Below, piece after piece: positions 18,987 through 27,659 of a stretch of DNA of 33,502 nt (position 1 is the first letter of the stretch; each line of letters opens with the position of its first letter). A program made the position numbers and the translations under genes. The notes under the pieces were generated by a model. It had not been told where the DNA came from, did no database searches, and was given only the letters and a program-made list of their open reading frames with translations. Origin of the DNA: Elusimicrobiota bacterium (GTDB taxonomy: Bacteria > Elusimicrobiota > Elusimicrobia > UBA1565); the NCBI GenBank assembly GCA_043827405.1, contig JBDRPD010000015.1, positions 1 to 33,502 of the forward strand, written 5' to 3'.

Positions 18987-20137
18987 GTGTTTTCCGCCAT
19001 AAAGGTCAAAGTGAACGTGCTCCCTTGTCTCGGGGCGCTCTTTATGGCGATGTCCCCGCCGTGGAGTTCTACGACTTTCTTGACGATAGCCAGACCCATT
19101 CCGGTGCCGGCCGTTTTGAGTGAAAAAAACGGATCGAAGGCCTGCTCGATCTCCGTGGGCTTCATTCCCTTGCCGTTGTCCTTGAAACGGATGCGTACAA
19201 GGCGCACTCCCTGGCGAATCACGACCTCTGATTTCAGATACAGCGTTCCGTTTTCGGCCATGGCATCCATGGCGTTTTCGATGAGGTTCCGGAATACCGA
19301 GGCCATCCGGCGGGAATCGAGGCGGCAGGGCTTGATGTCCGCATAGTCCTTGTGAACCCGGATTTTATTGGCGGAGAGTGACGCGCGCAGATCACGGAGG
19401 GCCCCGTCGAGTAGGGTGTTAACGCCGGCTCGCGTGACGTGCAGCCGGACGGGTCGCGAGAAATCCCGAAGATCGGAGAACAGGTTGTTGAGCTCACTGA
19501 TTCCATCCTGAAGGGAACGGATGATCATTTGGGAGTTCTTGCCCCGGGGCCGCATCTCCATTAAGAGAAGCGCCACAGAGGACCGGAGTTTCTGTAGGGG
19601 ATTCTTGAACTCGTGGACGACCGATACGATCATTTCGCCCAGTCGCGCCAGGTCTTGGGTATGGGAGAGTTCGTGCTCGATCTGCTTTTTCTCCGTGATG
19701 TCGATGCCGATATAGAGGTATCCGGCGGGTTCGTTCCGGTCGTGCACCGGCACGATCGTCAACTGCAGGATGCTGCTGCTTCCGTCCTTGGCTTTGCGCA
19801 GGATCTCTCCGCGCCACGCGCCATGTTTCTCGACGGCTTGATAATGCAGCAAGCGGTCCTTTTCGAAGGAAGGATCGGCGGCCAACACATCTATCGACCG
19901 GCCCACGATCTCCCGCTCCGAGTATCCGAAGAGCCTGGAAAAAGCGGGGTTCGCTTCGACGATCTTCCCGTCCAGGTCGGTGACCATCATGGCCTCGGTA
20001 AAGTGCTTGAACATGTCCCACAGAAGCTGGATGTTGCCTCGAGGTATGCGCTCCGGCTCCTTGCCGATAAGGATCGCATCTTTATCCGGCCTTTTCGGAA
20101 CGGTCGTGTTTTTGTTTTGAGTTTTAGCCGGCCGCAT
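18983..20137 (-). CDS. Cytoplasmic PAS-domain sensor histidine kinase
   Basis: PAS (ANPAFSRLFGYS, WRGE, KDGS), H-box HEFKNPL, N-box NLIENAMDA, DNGKGM, FDPFF, GTGMGL. No TM segment. Confidence 0.93.
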   Translation of the reverse strand: MRPAKTQNKNTTVPKRPDKDAILIGKEPERIPRGNIQLLWDMFKHFTEAMMVTDLDGKIVEANPAFSRLFGYSEREIVGRSIDVLAADPSFEKDRLLHYQAVEKHGAWRGEILRKAKDGSSSILQLTIVPVHDRNEPAGYLYIGIDITEKKQIEHELSHTQDLARLGEMIVSVVHEFKNPLQKLRSSVALLLMEMRPRGKNSQMIIRSLQDGISELNNLFSDLRDFSRPVRLHVTRAGVNTLLDGALRDLRASLSANKIRVHKDYADIKPCRLDSRRMASVFRNLIENAMDAMAENGTLYLKSEVVIRQGVRLVRIRFKDNGKGMKPTEIEQAFDPFFSLKTAGTGMGLAIVKKVVELHGGDIAIKSAPRQGSTFTLTFMAENT

Positions 20138-20140
20138 AGA

Positions 20141-20650
20141 TCAAATTCGATTCATAGTTTCGTCGAGGTATGCCTCGTCTTCTTTCTCTTTGAGTAGGAG
20201 ATTTCCCCAAACCAAGGACCGGTGGATCCAGCCCGTGACCGCATCATCGCCTCCTTCATCGTAGACTTCGATCCATCGCCCCTTCACGGAGCGGACTTGG
20301 AAGGTAACGCCTCGGTCCACCTCCCAAACGATATCAAAACGTGCGCTCGGGCCGCTACGGATGTTCGCGGCCTTGGCTATGACAACGACGGACGGATAGT
20401 CCGACAGCAGACTCGAATAAATCCATCCGGTGTAACCCTCGAAGTCGCGCACTTCGGTCCACGGACCGCTGTGCCGGAGAGACTGCAGCGGTTCGTGCTT
20501 CCAGATATACCAGAGCACTTCATACTGGGTCCCGGGACCGGAGCGGACGTTGGCCTTTTTCGCGGAGACACTGAACATCCCCGCGTTCGCCAAAGCCGGC
20601 GCCAGCGCTAGAAAAAACGACAGAATCCCGGCTATTCGGCTCCGCTTCAT
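20141..20650 (-). CDS. Secreted protein with two bacterial SH3 domains
   Basis: Signal peptide, then ANVRSGPGT..W..V.D..G.TGWI twice. ATG 20650 follows GAGGGG. Confidence 0.85.
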   Translation of the reverse strand: MKRSRIAGILSFFLALAPALANAGMFSVSAKKANVRSGPGTQYEVLWYIWKHEPLQSLRHSGPWTEVRDFEGYTGWIYSSLLSDYPSVVVIAKAANIRSGPSARFDIVWEVDRGVTFQVRSVKGRWIEVYDEGGDDAVTGWIHRSLVWGNLLLKEKEDEAYLDETMNRI

Positions 20651-20671
20651 GTTCCCCTCGCATCCTCCAAT

Positions 20672-20772
20672 AAAAAACCCCGCGCTCCATGAGCGTGGGG
20701 CTGTCTTAGCCTTTGGCACGCCGACCGTGGGCATGCTCTATACAAGGGTAGCCCGATTAGAAAATTTGTCAA
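20672..20772 (-). promoter_or_regulatory. Promoter plus ANTAR-type twin-hairpin antitermination leader (SH3-kinase-regulator operon)
   Basis: TTGACA (20767-20772), 16 nt, TACCCT. P1 20716-20736, P2 20699-20711. The P2 3' arm overlaps the terminator AGCCCCACGCTC-ATG-GAGCGCGGGGTTTTTT (20672-20702). Confidence 0.72.
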
Positions 20773-20856
20773 TACCCTGCCGGTTTAATCAGTCTCCGGG
20801 TCGTCTGCAGATTCCCCGACGGTAAACTCCGGCAAGTCGGCGGGATGCTAGGGCAG

Positions 20857-20885
20857 TTGTTTTTATATGACGGGCGGGCTATAAT
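20857..20885 (+). promoter_or_regulatory. Sigma-70 promoter for rsgA
   Basis: TTGTTT-17-TATAAT. Confidence 0.6.
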
Positions 20886-20921
20886 AGTTCTGTTGTCAAT
20901 TCTGGACCCTGGAGGCTGATT

Positions 20922-20975
20922 ATGGTGATTGTATTGAACGTGGAATCGCCGTCGGCCTGCGGGGATCTCTCCTAG
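20922..20975 (+). CDS. Putative leader peptide MVIVLNVESPSACGDLS upstream of rsgA
   Basis: GGAGG RBS at 20911, followed by hairpins and a terminator-like stem before rsgA. Confidence 0.5.
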   Translation: MVIVLNVESPSACGDLS

Positions 20976-21058
20976 CGATTTGTCTCCTCACCTCCCGCAT
21001 GGGCCCGCGCGTGCTCTTTCTGGGGCGCGCTTTTGAAATTGTGTTTATGAGGGCTAAC

Positions 21059-22129
21059 ATGTCATCGCAGCTGAAGAAGTACGGTTGGAACAAGCACTGG
21101 GAAGCTCAATTCAAAGGCCATCGAGAAGCAGGCTTCTCTCCGGGGAGGATCATCGGCCAGGAACGGGAACTATTCCTTGTCGCGACGACGAAGGGCGAAA
21201 GGGGGGGAGTGCTCGCGGGTAAGATGCGTTACCAGGAAGACGTACGCCCCGCCGTCGGTGATTGGGCGGCGTTTTCCGGAGAGGGCGACGACGGTCCCGT
21301 CCGCATAGAGGCGGTGCTGGAACGCCGAAGCCGGCTCGCCAGAAAGGAGGCCGGCTTGAAGGTGCGCAAGCAGGTAGTCGCGGCCAATATCGACGTTGTG
21401 TTCCTCGTCTCCTCGCTCGACGCGGATTTCAACCTCCGGCGCCTCGAGCGTTACCTGACGGCTGTCTGGGAAAGCGGAGCTCGGCCCGTTCTTGTTCTCT
21501 CGAAGCTCGACGCGGCGGCTGACCCTGAGGGGATGCGTCTGGCTGCGCAGACCTGCGCCTCCGGCGTTCCCGTCATATCCCTAAGCGCGAAATCCGGCGC
21601 AGGGATGGACGCTCTTGGCGCCCACATGGCTCCCGGCGAGACGGCGGCCCTGGTAGGCTCTTCCGGGGTCGGAAAGTCCACCTTAATCAACCGGATGCTG
21701 GGGCGTGAGGTTCAGGCCGTTGGGGCAGTGCGCGAGGACGACTCCAAGGGCCGGCACGTGACCTCGTCACGGAAAATCTTCCTGCTCCCGTCCGGAGCGA
21801 TGCTGGTGGATACTCCCGGAATGCGAGAGCTCCAGTTGTGGGACGATGAGGGAGAGGGGATGGTGCGGACCTTCGAGGATATCGAGGATCTTCTGACCCG
21901 ATGCCGCTTCGGCGACTGCCGCCACGATACTGAGCCCGGCTGCGCCCTGACCGAGGCTTTCGCCTCCGGCGAGATCTCCGAGGAGCGCTATCAGAGCTGG
22001 CGCAAGCTCAAGCGCGAGTTGGAATTCCTGCGCAGGAAGAAGGACAAGGCGGAAGGCGCGAACGCAAAGAAACGCTGGAAGAAGATTTTCAGCGCTGCCG
22101 CCGCCCGGAAAAAAATCGAGGGACTCTGA
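21059..22129 (+). CDS. rsgA: Ribosome small subunit-dependent GTPase A
   Basis: PAVGDW, QVVAANID, RRLERYL, SKLD, GSSGVGKSTLIN, KGRHVT, DTPGMRE, CRFGDCRHDTEPGCA Zn finger. Confidence 0.95.
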   Translation: MSSQLKKYGWNKHWEAQFKGHREAGFSPGRIIGQERELFLVATTKGERGGVLAGKMRYQEDVRPAVGDWAAFSGEGDDGPVRIEAVLERRSRLARKEAGLKVRKQVVAANIDVVFLVSSLDADFNLRRLERYLTAVWESGARPVLVLSKLDAAADPEGMRLAAQTCASGVPVISLSAKSGAGMDALGAHMAPGETAALVGSSGVGKSTLINRMLGREVQAVGAVREDDSKGRHVTSSRKIFLLPSGAMLVDTPGMRELQLWDDEGEGMVRTFEDIEDLLTRCRFGDCRHDTEPGCALTEAFASGEISEERYQSWRKLKRELEFLRRKKDKAEGANAKKRWKKIFSAAAARKKIEGL

Positions 22130-22198
22130 GCGTTCCAAGCCGGCGTTCTATTCGTTCCGCGGGGATCAACGCTTTCACAAAGGCCTCTACAGGTTAAT

Positions 22199-22278
22199 AT
22201 GAGTGTGGAGGCATTCTTCGCTACCTTAGAAAGCGCCGCGGCCTGACTTTGATGGAACTGGCCCGGCGAACTGACGTC
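22199..22278 (+). pseudogene. XRE-family HTH N-terminal fragment, frameshifted
   Basis: ATG AGT GT then GGILRYLRKRRGLTLMELARRTDV in another frame. Confidence 0.55.
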
Positions 22279-23322
22279 CTCAAGACCAGCTTCTACGATC
22301 TAGAGCAGCCGCAGGTCCTTGCGGAGTTTAACCGTTCCGATTAAGAGATTGTCGCCAGAATCAAGAGCTCCGGCGATGTCGTTTTTATCGACGAGTTCCA
22401 ATATCTGCGCAACGCTTCAAAAATTCTTAAAGCAGTCTATGACTCGTCGTCAAAAGTGAAGGTCTTCTCCTCCGGTTCATCGTCCATCGAGATACACAAG
22501 CATTTGAAGGAGAGCTTGGCGGGCCGCCGCCTCCTGTTTCGAATTCATCCGCTTCAGTATTCCGAGTTAAAAACCAAGCTTTCCATGCCCCTGACCCGCT
22601 ATCTATGTTACGGCGGGATGCCCGGCCTAACCCATACGGACTCCGCCGAGAGAAAGCGCTTGATCCTGTCGGAACTCCTGAGCGCCTATATCCTCAAGGA
22701 TGTGAAATCTCTTTTAAAGGAAGAGAACATCCGGGCTTTCAATCACCTTCTCTGCCTATTGGCTCAAAACCAGGGGTCCGTAGTCTCGGTCCATGCAATA
22801 GCCCAAGAAATCCAGATGAGCTCAAAGGCCGTCAACCGCTATCTGGAAATCCTCGAACAGACGTTCGTTAATTTCAGGGTGCATAGTTTTTCCAGAAACT
22901 TAGGAAACGAACTAAAAAAATCTTCGAAATACTACATGTATGATTCTGGCATTCGCAACGCGATCCTCAAGGACTTTTCGGCTCTGGGGGAGCGTACGGA
23001 CAAGGGCGCCATCTTGGAAGGATTCGTCTTTTTGCGGCTTCACACTCTGCTGGCCCCGAACGTGGAAATCAGGTTTTGGAGGACAAAGGACGGCGACGAG
23101 ATGGATTTCGTCCTGCTTAAGGATCGCAAACCCCTCCCGATCGAGGTAAAAAGCTCTCTTTCAAATCCTAAAGTCTCAAGGGGGCTAAGGCGTTTTCTCT
23201 TGCGCTATCCCGAGACCGCCAACGCCATCGTTGTCAACGAGCGGCATGACGCTACAGTGGCTTGTGGGAAATGCGCTGTAAGATTTTTGACGTTTGAAGC
23301 GTTTTCTTCTTTTACCCTTTAG
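22279..23322 (+). pseudogene. AAA+ ATPase with DUF4143 / nuclease-like C-terminus, 5'-truncated with internal stop
   Basis: Walker B VFIDEFQ, SGSSS, YGGMP, KYYMYDSGIRN, FWRTKDGDEMDFV, PIEVK. In-frame TAA at 22342-22344, Walker A missing. Confidence 0.85.
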
Positions 23323-23444
23323 AGAGGCGCTTTTCCGCACAAGCGGGAGAGGCGGCGGCGATCCTGCCCAAAGATCCTGGATTACATCGGGGTTCCAAAT
23401 GCGCCGCAATTTATTTTTATATATTGAGAAGTTGGAAAATGAAG

Positions 23445-23520
23445 AAACCGCCCCGGAAAATTCGAGGCGGCTCTTACATTTTTAAAATTTCTCCCCCGGT
23501 TGGACAAACTTCGAACTTGG
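23445..23520 (-). repeat. att-like site A: tRNA-Asn-like 3' fragment plus terminator
   Basis: Minus strand GTCCAACCGGGGGAG (23491-23505), then hairpin AGCCGCCTCG...CGGGGCGGTTT. Confidence 0.6.
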
Positions 23521-23787
23521 ATACGGGATGCGATGGCGGTTCAGCAAGGAATTGCTGAGCTGGAATCGATGAAATTTCCCTTCAGTTGATCCGGAAGCAT
23601 AGTTGGGAGCACCGAAGCGGCCTAACCTCACCTAGGTAACCTTACCCCCGGAGTCGAAATCCCGCGACTCAGTCGGGAAACCGTAAGGCATCATGGGCGC
23701 CATCTGGTTCGTCACATGAGCATCGCGATGGCGTTTATAGCGAAGAATAGGAGGAAGCTTTGCTGTGGCAGCTCGCATATCGTCAGC

Positions 23788-24435
23788 TTAAGCGCGTCGC
23801 CTAGGACTCAAGAGTCCAGCCACACCCTTCTTGATCGCCATGACATAGACAAAATCCTGTGTTCCCCCGGACGGTTTTCGGTGTTTCTCGTTTAGACGGC
23901 GACACACCCTATATCCAGTCCCCAGTTCCCGGCCGAGAGCAGCCGCGCTGTAACGTCGCACGGGCAGGCCGCTGCAGCGCGCCGGACCCGTGGGCGCGAA
24001 CGTAGACATAACCACTGCGCCGCCCGGCTTCAGGCAGCGCTTCAGGTTGCTCAGGTAGCGTCTTCGGTCTGCGGCGCGCGTCAAAAAATGAAAAACGGCC
24101 CGGTCATGCCAGAGGTCGACCTTTAAGTCGAGGCGTTCGCTCGCCAGATCGGCACGTAAGAATTTTACGCCTGCCCCGGAACGTCCCAGCCGCTTCTTCG
24201 TCTCGCGCAAGGCTGCGGCGGAAAGGTCCACTAGGACCAACCGCTTTCCGCCCGCTTTCAAGAGGTGGTCAGCCAGGTTTGAAGCGCCGGCTCCAGCGTC
24301 GAGGATGCACGCATTCTGAGGAAGACGCGCCGCCCGAATCAGAGCCAGCGATTTTGCCGGCCGCCCTTGCGTCCAACTGCGTTCCCCAGGCTGGCGCGTC
24401 CTGTAAATTCCGTCCCAATAGGATTTTGCTCTCAT
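23788..24435 (-). CDS. Class I SAM-dependent methyltransferase
   Basis: YWDGIY...SWTQ, ILDAGAGAS, VDLS, WHDRAVFHFL, GPARCSGL. ATG 24435 overlaps the permease stop (ATGA). Confidence 0.88.
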   Translation of the reverse strand: MRAKSYWDGIYRTRQPGERSWTQGRPAKSLALIRAARLPQNACILDAGAGASNLADHLLKAGGKRLVLVDLSAAALRETKKRLGRSGAGVKFLRADLASERLDLKVDLWHDRAVFHFLTRAADRRRYLSNLKRCLKPGGAVVMSTFAPTGPARCSGLPVRRYSAAALGRELGTGYRVCRRLNEKHRKPSGGTQDFVYVMAIKKGVAGLLSPRRRA

Positions 24436-25718
24436 TTTTTCCATTGAAGGGATGCCATGCCATGCCATGCCATCCCGACGGCCAGCGTCGCGAGTCCCGC
24501 TATCCAAATGGCGGGTTCGACCCAGAATGCGAGGAACGCACAGCCCGCGAGCCCGGCTCCGGCGATCCATCGCGGATACCTTTGGGATTCTTCAGGAAGA
24601 CGCAGGGCGGCGAGGTTGGTAATCGCATAGTAGACGAGGACGGTGAAGGCGCTGAATGACCATGTCGTCTTGACGCTTCCGATCGCGACGAGCCCGACGA
24701 TCATGAGTGCGGTCGTTATCACGGCTGGGACGGGCGTGCCGCCGTCTTTCGAAACGCGGGAGAAAATCTTCGGCATATCGCCCCGCCGTCCCATCGCAAG
24801 CAATACCCTGGATAGTCCCAGGTTTAGATTGAGCAGAACACCGAGCATTGCCGTCACGGCTCCAACCGCTAGTAGGAGGGGGATTCCCGGAAGGTCTAGG
24901 TTGCGGGCGATTTCCTCGAGTGGAGCTCCCGTCGTTTGCGTGAGTTCGCCGTATCGATGGGCTCCCACCGATGCGATCGCGATGAAAGCGACGGCCGCGT
25001 AAAGGATGACGGTGACCGTCAACGTGGACAGAACCGCCCGGGGAATGGTGCGACCAGGTTCGACGACCTCCTCTCCAAGCGTCGCAATCCTGCCGTAACC
25101 CGTATAGGCGACGAAGAGGAGGGCGGTCGCATGGAGGAACGAGCGCGGGTCGGGGGGTGTCGAAAGTGCCGAGGTCAATTCTGCGATTCCGGTCTCCGGC
25201 AAAGCGAAGAACCCCATGAGTACGAATGCCGAAAGCGAAACGAGCGTGAGACCGACGATCGCCGCGTTCGCCTTATTGGATCGCCGCATTCCGGTGAGTA
25301 GCAGGATCATGACGGAGATCGTCAAGCCCGCTGCCAAGGGGCTCAGGCCTTTTTGAGATTCGGCGCCAACCAGCGCGAGGATATATCCCGCTCCTCCCAG
25401 AGCGGCGGTCGCCGCCGAAGCCGACTTGGCGCACAGGAACATCCAGCCGGCGGCGAACCCGGCGGCAGGATGCAGGTATTGGTAGCCGTATTCGTAAGAA
25501 CCACCACTGGTCGGGTGGCTGGCGGCGAGTTGCGCGCTTGAAAGCCCGTTGAAGAGGGCGATCAGCGCGGCGAGCGCGAGCGCGGGCAGCGCCCATGCTC
25601 CGACGATCCCGGCCGCGAGACCGATGCTGACGAACACGCCCGTTCCGATGATCGAACCCAGGCCCAAAAGGACTGCTCCCGGAAGTCCTATGACTCGCTT
25701 AAGGCCGGCAGAATCCAT
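24432..25718 (-). CDS. APC-family amino acid permease
   Basis: LGLGSIIGTGVF, PTSGGSYEY, FVAYTGYGRIATLGEEV.EPGRTIPRA, about 12 TM segments. Confidence 0.9.
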   Translation of the reverse strand: MDSAGLKRVIGLPGAVLLGLGSIIGTGVFVSIGLAAGIVGAWALPALALAALIALFNGLSSAQLAASHPTSGGSYEYGYQYLHPAAGFAAGWMFLCAKSASAATAALGGAGYILALVGAESQKGLSPLAAGLTISVMILLLTGMRRSNKANAAIVGLTLVSLSAFVLMGFFALPETGIAELTSALSTPPDPRSFLHATALLFVAYTGYGRIATLGEEVVEPGRTIPRAVLSTLTVTVILYAAVAFIAIASVGAHRYGELTQTTGAPLEEIARNLDLPGIPLLLAVGAVTAMLGVLLNLNLGLSRVLLAMGRRGDMPKIFSRVSKDGGTPVPAVITTALMIVGLVAIGSVKTTWSFSAFTVLVYYAITNLAALRLPEESQRYPRWIAGAGLAGCAFLAFWVEPAIWIAGLATLAVGMAWHGMASLQWKK

Positions 25719-26017
25719 TAGTGAACTAACTCCTTGAAGAGTTCCGTGATCTTCTCGCGGGATTTCCGCAGCACTCGCTTTCCGCGGGCCGTCGCGCGGT
25801 AGATCTTCCGCACGCGCCCGTTTCTCTCCTCAGGGTTCGATCGGAGGTAGCCGCTGCGTTCCATCGAATGCAGCAGAGGATAGATCGTCCCGGGGCTAAG
25901 GTGATAGCCGTGCCGGGACAACTCCTCGATGATCCCGAAACCGAAAACCGTCTCGTGGGCGGCGTGATGGAGGATGTGAAGCTTGACGAGTCCTAAGAAG
26001 AAGTCCTGGTCTTTCAT
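25718..26017 (-). CDS. PadR-family transcriptional regulator
   Basis: LHILHHA...GIIEEL.RHGY.LSPGTIYPLLHSME..GYL...RKIYRAT.RG. Confidence 0.92.
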   Translation of the reverse strand: MKDQDFFLGLVKLHILHHAAHETVFGFGIIEELSRHGYHLSPGTIYPLLHSMERSGYLRSNPEERNGRVRKIYRATARGKRVLRKSREKITELFKELVH

Positions 26018-26076
26018 ATAACGAAAACCGATATCGTGATTCGTTATATAATATATGATGCGCCTAATATTGTCAA
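26016..26076 (-). promoter_or_regulatory. PadR operon promoter and palindromic operator
   Basis: TTGACA (26071-26076), 17 nt, TATTAT. Symmetric ATATAACGAA...CGATATCG...TTCGTTATAT at 26016-26049. Confidence 0.75.
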
Positions 26077-26087
26077 GTTAAGACGAT

Positions 26088-26176
26088 AAAAAGCCGCCCC
26101 GACAAACGTCGAGGCGGCTTCGTGATATTTAGTGTTATTTAAAGCAACTCCCCCAGTAGGACCAAAAGGGTAACTC
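26088..26176 (-). repeat. att-like site B: tRNA-Asn-like 3' fragment plus terminator
   Basis: Minus strand GTCCTACTGGGGGAG (26148-26162), then AAGCCGCCTCGAC-GTTT-GTCGGGGCGGCTTTTT. Confidence 0.65.
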
Positions 26177-26646
26177 TTAAAAGCACTGTAAATATAGACT
26201 ATTTTTTCCCGCCTGACCTTTCCTTAGCGCCTTTGGGCGAGCGAATCCGCTATTTGAGGCGCCGATTGAGGATAAACTACGCCGCAGCGGCGGCGGGCGC
26301 CGGCGTCAGCCCGAACACCTTGCTGCGCCTGGAACGCGGCGAAGGTCGGCCGCAGGATTGGACCATCAGCAGGCTTCTCCGCTACCTTGGGCGCGCGCTC
26401 AAGGAGGTCTTTCCGGGGGCCGAAGATGTGTACGACCTCATCATCCCGCCCAAGGACTTCGGCAGCTGGCTGCGCAATCTTCGATTGAGACGCGGCCTGC
26501 AGCAAAAGGAGCTTGCCGAAATCCTAGGACTTAGTAAGGTAAGCGTGTGCAGGTATGAGAAGAATATTGTCAAGCCGCAGGAAGCCATACTAAAACGACT
26601 CAGGAGGAGGTTTAGCCTTAATGGAGAATTCGAGCGCTACATATAG
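26149..26646 (+). CDS. Tandem double XRE-HTH protein, copy 1 (no convincing start codon)
   Basis: LGERIRYLRRR...GVSPNTLLRLERGE and FGSWLRNLRLRRGLQQKELAEILG...RYEKN. Homology to copy 2 starts at 26149; in-frame TAA at 26140; first usable start is TTG 26233 without an RBS. Confidence 0.75.
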   Translation, partial: SPSRTKRVTLKSTVNIDYFFPPDLSLAPLGERIRYLRRRLRINYAAAAAGAGVSPNTLLRLERGEGRPQDWTISRLLRYLGRALKEVFPGAEDVYDLIIPPKDFGSWLRNLRLRRGLQQKELAEILGLSKVSVCRYEKNIVKPQEAILKRLRRRFSLNGEFERYI

Positions 26647-26789
26647 TCCGGTCCCTCACGACCGGCAGCTAAGAAGAGACTGGTGGCCGCTTGCGCGGCG
26701 ACTGATCGTGGCGTCCGTTCTCGCGTCACAAGCCTATTGGGTCTTCGGGTGGCGGGTTCCTCTCGCGGATCTGCTGACGTTGGGGGGGA
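26621..26789 (+). pseudogene. Truncated copy of the membrane-protein gene at 29746-30168
   Basis: Near-identical translation up to ADLLTLGG, where similarity stops. Confidence 0.7.
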
Positions 26790-26825
26790 CCTCATCTCCA
26801 TGGAGGTCTGTTGCGTACAGAATCG

Positions 26826-27659
26826 TCATTCGCGGTGCTTGTAGCCCTTCTTGAAAGCGGCCAATAGCGCCAAGCCCTCTTTGCGCTTCTGCTCATCCAC
26901 GACATCGAGAACGCCTGCCGCTAAGATGTCTAGAAAGGGCGAATAGAGGTCCTTGGATTCACTTAGGAACCGAGCCACGCACTCTGCGGCCGCCTCGGAT
27001 GCCAGCGCCCCGACCTCCATGCCGAGCAGTACAGCTCCGGCGGTCGCATAGTCTTCATGCTCGATGCCCGGCTTGTTTGCTAGGTCGTAGCGCCGGTCGT
27101 CTTCGGTGCCGCCGACATAGTTTTGGAGCCAGTAGTCGATATCCTTGGCGTCGTCCTTATGTTTCTCTTTGCCCTGGGCTTTCCGATCCAGGAAGGCGAT
27201 GATCTTCAAAAGCACGAATCCCGGCACAGTGATCACCGAGACAGAGGGGCCGTCCTCTAGTTTGACCTTGCTCGCCGCGGCGCAGACCTCATCGAACCCT
27301 ACTACCGACATCTCGAATTCCGACTTCGGCCAGACCAAGGTCCCGCCCGGCGCAATCTCAGCACCATAAGGGATCAAATCCACCATCGCGGTCCTGCGAT
27401 GCAGCCGATGCTCAATGCTCCGATCGGGTTCGAACTTGCAATCAGGCCCGAGCAGCTTCTCGCGGAGCTTCTCATAGGTCGGCCAGTCGCGCACGCGCAC
27501 TCCAAAATCGGCATCGTTGGTCCTGCGGAATTGTGGGTAATCGGAACCTTTTTCGGGTGTGAGCTCCGTCATCAACGCGCCGACCAAAACGACTTCAACT
27601 CCCAGCCCTTCGGCGGCTCGGCAAACGTCCCTGACGACTTCCGTAAGTCCACTATCCAT
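26826..27659 (-). CDS. Nucleotidyltransferase, AbiEii-like type IV toxin
   Basis: VLVGA...RRTNDADFGV, VDLIPYG, GFVLLKIIAFLDR, KDDAKDI. Confidence 0.82.
   Translation of the reverse strand: MDSGLTEVVRDVCRAAEGLGVEVVLVGALMTELTPEKGSDYPQFRRTNDADFGVRVRDWPTYEKLREKLLGPDCKFEPDRSIEHRLHRRTAMVDLIPYGAEIAPGGTLVWPKSEFEMSVVGFDEVCAAASKVKLEDGPSVSVITVPGFVLLKIIAFLDRKAQGKEKHKDDAKDIDYWLQNYVGGTEDDRRYDLANKPGIEHEDYATAGAVLLGMEVGALASEAAAECVARFLSESKDLYSPFLDILAAGVLDVVDEQKRKEGLALLAAFKKGYKHRE

Noticed and set aside
20778..20835. Imperfect inverted repeat TGCCGG...CCGGCA between divergent promoters
   Set aside because: Weak pairing and a single copy; plausibly chance in GC-rich DNA.
22342..22344. Stop-codon recoding in the ATPase
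   Set aside because: The codon is TAA, which ends other genes normally here, and the gene also lacks Walker A.
23355..23427. KILDYIGVP fragment resembling an IS91-type transposase C-terminus
   Set aside because: Too short, with no other IS91 features; it cannot be supported without a search.
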